From contig MNCI01001077.1 of assembly GCA_015680685.1 (NCBI GenBank), positions 5,627 through 69,626 of the forward strand: a stretch of 64,000 nucleotides of DNA. The letters are read 5' to 3'. The translations under genes and the position numbers were made by a program. Shown here piece by piece: positions 51,714 through 62,189 of the stretch. Each line of letters begins with the position of its first letter. Positions within the stretch are counted from its first letter, which is position 1. The stretch is from Gnetum montanum (lineage: Eukaryota; Plantae; Gnetophyta). The notes beneath the pieces are model-generated. The model saw nothing but the letters and a program-made list of their open reading frames with translations, was not told where the DNA came from and ran no database searches.

Positions 51714-53900
51714 CTATAGATCTCTTGGTTTAGTGACAGCTACGTAGACAAGTTGTTGTTCACACACTCTATTACTAAATATAAGGTGGATCAGGGTATG
51801 AGTTGTGTTAACATTGGGGGTATCTAGCCCATGATTACACCATTGATCATGATTTGGTGTGCATGAATTTTTTTGTCTTGTCATAATGCTAGATCCATTA
51901 CTTCTGTTGAGCATTGGAGTCACACTAGATAGTGGCCCTTGCATAAGATCAGAAGGCATTGGTTGTGAGAAAGAAGGCATTGCACTAGATTGACATTGTT
52001 CTGGTTTTGATGTTGTGGTAGGTCCATGAGTGTTTCATTTCTACCTTGGGCCTATCCTAAAGAAAGGACATTTCTGAGTTTATGGTGGAAACCTACTAGT
52101 ATCAACATGTCTATACATATTTATAGCACAAGTGGCATTTTTTTGATGTTGTGGTGTTGAACCTTCCTGTGTTGTTGCAAGTGGCACACAAGAATGTGAA
52201 GTATGAGGATATCAAGGATAGGATGGATGGTAAGAAGTGTAAGGTGGAGATCCTTTAGGAGATGTCATGGGTTGATGGTACTTGGGAGAGTCATAGTGGA
52301 AATTTTAAGTAGAGGATGTAGAACTAGTTGGAGAAATAGATTGTTAAATATAATATCCATATGCTTTCAGTGGATATCAAGCATAGGGCTACTTTGGTGG
52401 TGGCCTCTTCCATGACTATGTGTTTTGCCACTACAGTTGATGATAATTGTTGAGGCTAGTAATAAGTCCCCCTAGGATAGTATGATTGGTTGTGGGACTG
52501 GCTTTCATTACTATGTGGAAAAGGAAATCTCCTAGGCATGTGCTTCTATACAAACTTTGGATTTAAGGCAATTGTCCAATCCTCATGTAGATCNGATAAA
52601 GAGGTTTCTTTTGATAAGATGATCCCACAATGAACCTTGCTAATATAAAATTCTATTGATGAACTTAAAGAAAATTTTAATAGGATGTCAGAGTGGATAT
52701 ATAAAAATGTTACAAATCTCATAGAGATGGTAGAGGAGAAGGTACACAAAATGAACCAAGTGATCACTATAAAGAAAGGAAGTAGTACCAATAAATAGCT
52801 AGGAACACTTTTTGACAAATAGGAAAAATGACTAAAGAAGGTGAGGGTATAGACTCAACCACAGATAAAGATAATGGATGTGACATCTGCATATATGACC
52901 ATCCAAAGGACCATTGCCCGATTTTGTTGGATCTACATGAGGATTGGACAATTGCCTTAAATCCAAAGTTTGTATAGAAGCACATGCCTAGGAGATTTCC
53001 TTTTCCACATAGTAATGAAAGCCAGTCCCACAACCAATCATACTATCCTAGGGGGACTTATTACTAGCCTCAACAATTATCATCAACTGTAGTGGCAAAA
53101 CACATAGTCATGGAAGAGGCCACCACCAAAGTAGCCCTATGCTTGATATCCACTGAAAGCATATGGATATTATATTTAACNCCTTTTGGCCACTCACTTT
53201 AAATGTTGTAGAAAGCATAGATATCATGGAAGGCTTGTCAATGATGTTGTGGATCCAAATCATAGCATCCTACAAATTTAGGAATATTACTCATATCAAG
53301 CCTTGGTAGGTAACTCTCTTTGAAATTCCTACAAGATATCTTAACTACTTCTATGATCTGCATCAAGATCTTAGTGGCCAATAAGGATTCATTTTCATCA
53401 GATATGTTGTGATAAAAATTTCTATTTCTATTTGTTTGATCATGATGATGTTGTCTATGTTCATGTTGATGTCTTTGACATTTCCCGTGGGTTTGATTTC
53501 TATTTTTATTCCAACCCTTTAGTGAATCTTTACCACCATACCTACATTCATCATCACTAGAACTAGATGTAAAAGGAGACAAAGATGAGGAAATAGAAGG
53601 GCTACCATGGCTTCTATAGTGTTCCATAGGGTCCCTTGATTTATCCTTTCTAGATTTCAAGGAGGTCTTAGGCCTTAAGGCCTTCCCTGGTTCAAGACTT
53701 ACTTCATCTCTTCTAGGGTTATCTACCTTAGGTGAATGCAGTCTTTAAGTATCATTAGGATGATCATGAATGTATGAAATCCCTACATAAGGTATGTCAC
53801 ACAAATTTCCTTTACCATATATCTCATTAGTTCTCTAATGATTATCTTCATTATATAGTTCATTATCACTTCCTTGTGAAAGAGATGTTATTGTTGGTTT
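51714..53900 (-). pseudogene. Element G gag remnants (contains a mis-oriented contig at 52595-53180)
   Basis: LDMSNIPKFVGCYDLDPQHH matches the gag start of D and F; boundaries approximate. Confidence 0.65.
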
Positions 53901-54013
53901 ACGATGTGTGTGATTTAATTATTTTTGAAATATATATTGTTAATGCATTTACAATGATAATATATAATACAACTAATCTAGATAACTAGCACCATCCTCA
54001 ACAATGGCACCAA

Positions 54014-54863
54014 TGATGAGCAGTGAGGTATTCCTACATCCAACTATATGAATCAAAAGTGTTCATGCATGATCCAATCAAATTTCATGGATGAGACTAG
54101 TTGTGCATCTAGATCATTATCCCTTGATTGTAGTTCATTGTCTTTCCACTTGGACTAGTGGTAGCTTTGTCATGTATGATTTAGTTGAAAGTAAGGCATA
54201 TGGTTGATGTTGCCTAGCCTTATGCTGCTTCTAATGATGATAAGATATAAATTAATTAAGCTAATAATAGTGCTAAGTAAAACCTAAACTAGTCTATGTG
54301 CGATGAGTATTAGTTCCTAATCATCTGCACATGCCTTGAACTTTGTATAACTACTGCTAGGGCTACCAAGCATATGTCACTAGCCTTACCACATGGTACA
54401 CTACTGGGTTACCAGGTAATTATAGTTCAATGCTTATGATTAGTCATACTCATTCTACTTAATGACAAGAATAGTAAATAACAATAAATGGAAACATTAA
54501 CTAAAGAAAATAGTAAACAATTAAAAGAAATAATAAATCTAAGTGGATGCTACAATGATGGAAGTAATCTTGATCTTTATTTCTAGTCATGTAACATGTC
54601 CAAATATGTCACACTTAAAATAAGGATGTTATACAATCACAAACATCACACTACGTACATGCATTGGGAAACAACAAAACTTGAAATCACAAAGCTTATG
54701 AAAACCTATCTAAAATCTATTAACAAAACTATGTCCCAACCATGCACCCAAGTGTTGTATTTATAGGCTAGCATAGAATACATGATATTGGATATCTGAC
54801 ATCATTTCTTGGGACCCAATATCACATATCCAATGTCAAAGTTAATAAAATCATAACTCATCA
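54014..54863 (-). repeat. Element G 5' LTR (850 bp)
   Basis: TGATGAG...CTCATCA, adjacent to the PBS. Confidence 0.9.
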
Positions 54864-57499
54864 ACCACCAAGGTGATTAGCAATAGACATTGTGCATCCA
54901 CTGATAGCATGGGAATGGAGCCTCTTGTAGTGCTAGGAAATGTTAAGAGGGCCTAATCATTATGCTTTCAAGCTAATGAGATAGATAAGATAAAGCTTAA
55001 GAGGCCCTTGGTGGATGAGAGAGCGCTAATGATCGACAAGCCTATGAAGAAGAATAAACTGATCATCAAGCTTAGAGAGGTGCAACATGATGTTAGAGGT
55101 TTGTTCTATTTTGGTTTGTTGCTTTGTTAATCTACTTTAATGTTATGGTTTTAAGTTTATTTAATGTTTTTTCCTAGAAGAAATATGCTAATTTATTCCA
55201 TGTTTTATGATTAGTGTTCTTGTAGATAAGAAATTGGATCAAGAAGCCATGGTAGCAGTAGTAGTGGTTGAGTGAAGGTGTTAGGAAGAAGAGGAATTAC
55301 AAAATTGAGAAGCATAAATATTGAAATATTATGAGGATGAGGCATTGTAGTAGTAGGAGAATGAGGGTTTACACACTCCTCCCATAGATTACTTTGATAC
55401 CTTACTTGAGGATGAACAACTGGGTGAGCTTCCTACTATCTCATAAGAGGATCCACTAAGTACATATGATTTTTGATTTTATGCATCATTATTATTTTTT
55501 AGTGATTCATGTTTGATTTTGGCTATATTTTTTTATTATTTATTATACTTGTTGTAGCCTCAAAACCTTAGGCCAAAGCTTTCACTTCCACATTCTACAT
55601 GTAACCATAGATGGATACCCAAGATAAGTTTGAATTCATGTGGGGTATAGCTGAGGATATGGTTAACTACTTACAAAAAATAGCCCCTAAATTGGGTAAG
55701 AGTTCTAACTCATTATTCCTTGAAATTTTATGTGTTTTCTATTTTCATATGGATTTCTATGATTATGAAATTTTTATCATCTTTTTATTTTTAATTATTG
55801 ACTAGTTTTATTTGTTAAATTTTTTTTACATTGGTTATGGTACCTAAACTAAGATGGGATTTTGACTGGCTAATGGAGATTGTCACATTACCTCCTTTAC
55901 CTCGTGATGTAGAGAATGCTTCATGAAAACTGTACAAGGGTGTTACTAGATATGCATGCTCATGTGCTAAGTCTTTATGAGGGCGTAGATGCTCTAACAA
56001 GTTCCTATGGGAACAAGTTGGAGAACCAAAAGTTAATAGAGGAGGTGAAAGACCTCAAGGATCATAAAGACTTCATAGAAGCCCAAGTATCCAATCAAGA
56101 CTCCTTGCACACCAAGGAGATAACTTGGGCTTGCTAATGGAATGTGATCCATGGCAAGGCTACCCTTGTCAGAAAGGTGGTAGAACAAAATCTTTAGATT
56201 AATATCATAAACCACAAGGCTGATGAGTTAAAGGATTATTGTGCTTGGTCCTTAAGTGGATCATACACAAAAGGACCATAAGAGAATGGATAAGGTTGAG
56301 TGGAATGCCTATCTCAAGTGGCAATAGGAGAAGTATATAGAGTAGTGGCAACTAGAGTTGTTCATGATTGGCATCAACATAGAGAAAACTTATAAGATGT
56401 TTTTAAAGAGTATGATTGTAGCCAATTCCGCTACTCATCAAATGACTACTACCTTAAGGGAGGTAACTACCATCACATTTTTGCATGAGGCACCTACATG
56501 GAGTAATATTGATAGGACTAATATCCTCATAGGTATTAATCTTGTGGACATAGACTGGGCTAACCTATCTGAAGATCAACTTCTCCACCATATAGAGGTT
56601 GGTCTTTAGAACTTCCCTACGAAACATGCAACCTTGGAACCATCTCAGGTTTACTTGATTTAGCTTTGATTTTGTTACATTTTATTTTTTCTTAAGTTAT
56701 TTACTTTGTTTTGATGTACATTTGATACTAATAGGTTTTATGTTATCATGTTATAGGCACCAGAGTATATTGGTAGCCCCAGCAGAAAGGGTGGAGATGA
56801 TACTCCACCTCCTGCACCAAATGCTCCTTAGTTCCATCAATGGCCTTTTAGTTTCAATTATTTTGGTTTCATTTTGATGATGATGTATGGCTAGTGTTAG
56901 TTAGAATAGTTTGTTGTTTGATAGTTTATTATTTGGACATTTTTTCCACACTATGTGGCTGGTTATGATGTTGTAGACATTTTAATTTTAATATTAATTT
57001 TATGTTTCAATTTTAATTCTAGTTATAATGTTCTAGCATGCTGGTTTTGCTTGTGTTATGGTTCTACATTGTAATCTATGTTTTGAGGCTACATTGGCTA
57101 AGCATGGTTATAATGTGATAAAATGGTTAAAATGACTAGGAAGCAAGGCTATAAACTAAAGTAAAAATGTTTGCCAATTTTAGGCCATGTGGACCATATG
57201 CTATTTTCTAGTTTAATGGCATGATGGCATGCGATATGTAAAAGAAAACATATTTTTTGGTTATTTGTGTTGTAAAATTTTTATAGATTTTTTAGGTTTT
57301 TCTCTTTTGAGTAAAAAAGAGAAGAAAAGAAAGCTTTAAAATTAAAATCATGTAAAATGAAATTAATCTTTAAACTGTAGGAAAATTTAAATTTAATGTA
57401 AAGAAAAACAAGATAACACAAATAAGGTAAAGACTAATCTATCAAGCTATAGCTACATATAGTTACAGGGTTATAAGCGCATAGGGTATAACAAGGATC

Positions 57500-60400
57500 A
57501 AGAGCATATATTACTTGTGAAACTATTTCCTAATCTTTGAGAGATTAGGAAATGTGTACAATCTATTTTTCACTAGTTTATATTCTCCATCTCCTTCACT
57601 AACAATGTTGAAGAGGAGATCTCCTGATAGGGCATCAATGGGTTCATCGTTGGTCATTTCAGCTTCTTTTGCTCTATTGTCCTCTTCAATTTGGTGGGCA
57701 ATAGTAGAAGTTTCCTTCTAAAACTCCACTTCAAATCCATGCTCTATATCAAAATTTTTAATAGCTAAAGGGATAGTACTATCATTGTGGATAATGATTT
57801 TACCTCCCTTGAAAGGTAGGTGGTTTTCTTGATGAATAAGTGAAGACACAACCTGCAATTGAGCTAGCAAAAGTCTTTGCAAGATGAGGTTGAATCTTGG
57901 TGTTTCTTCTACCATCAAGAAATCTACCATTTTTGGGAAATGCTCCCTTGCCAAAAAATCTATAGAAATGGAGCCTTTGATCACAACCCACAATCCATTA
58001 AATGATTTAAGAACTAAAGTCAACATATGTTGAATCTATTTTGTTAGGCCCAAGCACTTAATGATGAATACTATGTACTTTGTATTTCCCAACCTATATG
58101 GTTATGAAGAGGGATGTCTTAGTTGCTACCACATTTTATGAATTTATCTTGATTTCACTATTACAAAACACTGGCAATGTTGACTTTAATTCCCTAGGTG
58201 AAGAGGGTACCATTACTACATGGATAGACTTTTCATTAGTTAGGATGTTCTTGCTAATAGGAATAAAGGTCAACATCTTAACTTATGCCTCCTATTGAGA
58301 AACAGAAGTCATGACCAGGCCATATAAGCTCAAGGTTGTGTTTTTCTACTTGAGTGATTGCTTAACATATTTCATTGTGTTAAGGAATTCTTTGTTATTG
58401 GTTGTTGATTTGTTATTTCTAACTTCCTTCATACACCCCAAAATGTGAGCTTCGTGTTTAGGTTGTTATTCTGGCCTACCCTCTTTCTTTTCTTCTTTAG
58501 GTTTGGGTTCCTCCCACGGTTTCCTCATTGAGGTAGCCTGGGTTTTGGTGGTTATGGAAATAGATGAGATGGGACTAGGCCTTGGTAATTCCACTTCCTT
58601 TATCCTTGGGCTTGGTTATCATTTTTATTCTTGGCATTATGAATAGCCTTCTTATGTTCTTTGGTTGGAGATTTCTTATTATCCTTAGTTGATTATGAGG
58701 AAGAAGACAATGCATTGGGCACTATAAAGGGCTATTTTTATGTTGCATTAGTGGACTTGGTTGGAATGGGCTAGGGTATTCTAATCTCAAATGGCTCTTT
58801 GAGGAATGTTGGTGATGACACCCTTACAACAAAGAAGGATTTTCAGCTAGCGAAAGTTGAAAAACCCCTTCAACTTTGAGGAGGCACCTGAATCATAAAT
58901 AGTTCCCTTGTAGGCCTTTGATCATTATGAATGTTGAATCCTACTTTGGTATGTGGGTTGTTGTTGGTGTTCAGTGGGTCCTTGTATACATGCATCAACT
59001 AATTCTAAGGCCTAACCATATTCGAAGTGTCTAATACTAGTTTTGACCTTATCTAGCATTTTTTTGCAAGTCATCCTTCAGTGCAAGGTAGAAGTCAGTG
59101 TTGTGACCTAGCAATTGATGATAATGGAAAAAATAGTCAAGCTTAAATTACTTGGATACTTGGGGATCATCTTTGGTTGCTCAAGAAAGATCCTTAACTA
59201 TTTTTCATAACTTCTCATGCTTCTTATGAGCATTCTCAGTCATTTGTTTATATTGGATCCTACTGCTCTTCAATAGTTAGTCTAAAAGCTTTGATGGCTT
59301 AAGGAATAATCATGTATACTTAGACTAGTCTTTCTACATAATGTTAGACTTAGACATGGTCAATGCAATGGTTCTAGTGGTTGATGAATGGCTATCATGG
59401 TTGTTATCAAGGGCCTTGGGTTGGTTGTTCCTTAGCCCTTGGTTAGTCTTTTTATCTTCTTTGGCCATCATTTCCATAGCAACATTATTGAGTCTACCTC
59501 TCTCATTGCCTCTTTGTATGTCTTGGTTCTTGTATGCCACGTAAGAAAGGTCATAACTAGTGATGAGTGGCGAGGTACCCCTACACTCAACCATACGAAT
59601 ATGAGCGTTACACGCATGATTTGGTCAAACTCCGTAGACTAAGTGCCTACACAACTTATGGAACATTTAAGGTTAATTGTTCATTGTCTTCCCAGACTTA
59701 CTTGTATTTGTCATGGTTGTATGGTTAAGTAAGTCTGAGTTATGTGATTTTTATATCTTTTGTCTTTTATCACCTATGCTAATGAGGGAAAGGATGAAGA
59801 GACTAAGTAACTAACTTTAACTAACTAAGTTCTAATGCCTAGCATCAATATCCATCCCACTTACNCTTTATTTTCATACACAAACTTGTGCTCAGGTACA
59901 ATATTTGCTCAAATATAGATCCATTCACTTTGGAACTCCTACTGTTGGCACATGGAAATTATTCTATCTATGGAGAGGTAAAACTTCCAGAGTTTCACTA
60001 AGGGTCTAGATCTAGATGGAGAAACAAGGGAGAGCCACCTCTTATTTATAGATTTGGTGATGTGCTGTGATATCCCGTACGCAATATCGCAGGGGAAGAC
60101 GCAATATCGTGGCCAATGTGATATCACATCCCATCAACTAGCTCTGATGGCATCCTCTATGCTTTTTTTCTAGGAGAACACTTGACTAAGGGAGCATGGA
60201 TCAAGGTAGTATATCTTAGACTTGATAAGATCATTAACCATCCCCTTGAATATAACCAAAAGGTGGGTTTTAGCTATAGGCTCTAGTATCTTGTTTAGCA
60301 TACTATTCCATCATTGGATAAACTTTTGTACTAGTTCAAGTGGTCCTTTCATGATCTTCATTAGCTGGTCAAGTGTGGTTTCAAGCTTTAAGTTGTACTT

Positions 60401-61450
60401 AAAGTGGTTAACAAATTGGACTAGCAACTTTTCCAGAGGGGATATAGATCCTCTAGGGACATATAGAAGATCCTCATTATGATGTGTGGCTATGGTTACA
60501 ACAGTAAGCACTTGGATCAAAAGGTTTTAAGGTGAGCATTGGGAATACCATTTCCATTATACTTGATAAATTAAGTGATAAGGACACCAAGAGGAAGTAT
60601 TAAGGGTGGTACCACAAGGCTAATGGGATTGTCCTAGTAGAAGTTCATAATCTTGATGCTATGAGTTGTAGAGGCTTTGAGTCTCTTCAACTCCTTTGTT
60701 AGGTCTTGGATCATTTGGAAGCCTTGACCCAGTCCCTGTGGTACCCTTATTGGCTATGGAGTTTATGGTTGTATCATTTGTTGGAAAGCTTGTTGCCTTA
60801 CTATTAGTTGTAGAATAGAGGGGAGAGGATGCGTTATTTCCATGGTTGGTTGTTGGACCAAACAAGTAGTATAATGTTTGTGTCAGTATTTATTGCACAA
60901 ATAGAATAAAGGGGGTATGTGTCCTCTAATTTTCTTGGAATCCCATAGTGAATCACACCTAATTAATCAATAGGTTGGTGGTGGAAATAACCACCAACAA
61001 AGGTGGCATGTACGATGGCTAGGTGGAAAATGACATAGAAAAATGAAATGTGCTGGGTTGTGGCATTGATTGTGTTTAGTGAACAAATATGACTAGTATA
61101 GGAACAAACATTGTTTGATAGGAAGGGGTAGAGGATGGTGGCATCTATCCCATGGAGAAGATAAAGGGGATAGAGTAAGGCACCGTGGCCTTATGTGTTG
61201 TTTGTTGGAATAACCCACCTAGGATGTTTTTGGTCTCATATTCTACCCTGAATTCATCCTCTGCTTCCCACTACTACTCTAAGCTATGCTTCTCATCCCT
61301 TTCATCCATTTCAATTAGTTGAGATAGGATTCTAGCATATATGCCCATCAGGGATATCTGGTCCTATTAGGAAGGAATGTACTCCTTCCCATCTTAGTGG
61401 TGTATGAGCTCATACTTCTTTTTGGATTCTACTTTATCATGTGAAATTGG
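57500..61450 (-). pseudogene. Element E gag and protease (degenerate; interrupted by H)
   Basis: Capsid-like RGSISPLEKLLVQFVNHF; Tat-type knuckle remnant YHQLLGHNTD (~59090-59125); protease C-half DFLMVEETPRFNLIL...SSLIHQ. The catalytic motif is not recognisable. Confidence 0.7.
59561..60136 (-). mobile_element. LTR H: apparent solo LTR of the F-like family (internal N at ~59866)
   Basis: Perfect TSD ACTAG (59556-59560 and 60137-60141); ends TGATGAG...CCCATCA. Confidence 0.85.
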
Positions 61451-61864
61451 CATGCCAACCTTGATTTTTGCACAAACATGATTATAGTGATCTTTGTTTA
61501 TGACTAAAAATATAGGACTTTGCCCCCTAAGCCTCAAATACTACCTACACTCAACTATAGTAGGGTCCTTGGGGTTGTATATCCTCATGGCTTGTTGGTT
61601 AGACATGTTATTAGTGAAGTTCAAAGAAAATTTGGCTGATTATTAAAATGACATGTTGAAAACTAAGTTTTTTTTAGGTTTTTGGACATTCTTACTATTT
61701 TTAGTAAAAATGTAGTAGGTAGGATAACCTACTAACATAGTTGGCCAAAAATAAAAAGGTAGTGGAAAATGATTTCTAAGTGGTAAAAATGGAAAAAGAA
61801 AATATGGTTTACCTACTCGATGAAAATAAGTGCTACAATAGACAAGGTATTGAAGTAAGAAAGA

Positions 61865-62010
61865 TGTTGTAGTACGAATGGTGTTGTAGTAGGAAATAGA
61901 GTTGTAGTAAGAATGGTGTTGCAATAGGAATGGAGTTGTAGTAGGAACAATGTTGCAATAGGAATAGAGTTGTAGGAATGATGTTGTAGTAGATGGGTGT
62001 TGTGAAGTTG
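61865..62010. repeat. 17-bp minisatellite, about 8 units of (T/A)GTTGYARTAGGAATRG
   Basis: Units read directly, e.g. TGTTGCAATAGGAATGG and AGTTGTAGTAGGAACAA. Confidence 0.85.
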
Positions 62011-62189
62011 TAGCAAAACCCAACTCTGTTCTCACTAGTACAGCAAGGCCTATGGAAGAAGGTTTGGGGAAAAGGTATTAGCTTTAATCAAATGATGGAA
62101 CAATGGAAATGTAGTGGACTTGGTGTTCGAAAAATGTTGAAATGGATTTATGGCCAAGAAATTAGATAGAGACCCTCGTTCTAGTGCTA

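Larger units (their letters stand above)
45891..54863 (-). mobile_element. Element G: older non-autonomous Athila-like element (gag + ORF2)
   Basis: LTRs 45891-46767 and 54014-54863; degenerate PBS ~53995-54012; PPT motif right of 46767; TSD only 3/5 (AATAC vs ACCAC). Confidence 0.87.
36892..56831 (+). pseudogene. Degenerate multi-exon gene of unknown function, antisense to E, split by insertions F and G
   Basis: Purine-rich exon-like blocks alternate with T-rich intron-like blocks. Donors at 35891, 44497, 44866, 55099, 55460, 55696 and 56649; acceptor AG ending 36891, 45054, 55225, 55557 and 56756 (two others degenerate). The last junction reads in frame EPSQ|APEYIGSPSRKGGDDTPPPAPNAP*. Confidence 0.62.

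Noticed and set aside
52343-53180. Perfect 251-bp inverted repeat (52343-52593 vs 52930-53180) that could form a long hairpin
   Set aside because: The segment 52595-53180 is bounded by single Ns and the copies are identical inside an old element; this is a flipped overlapping contig, not biology.
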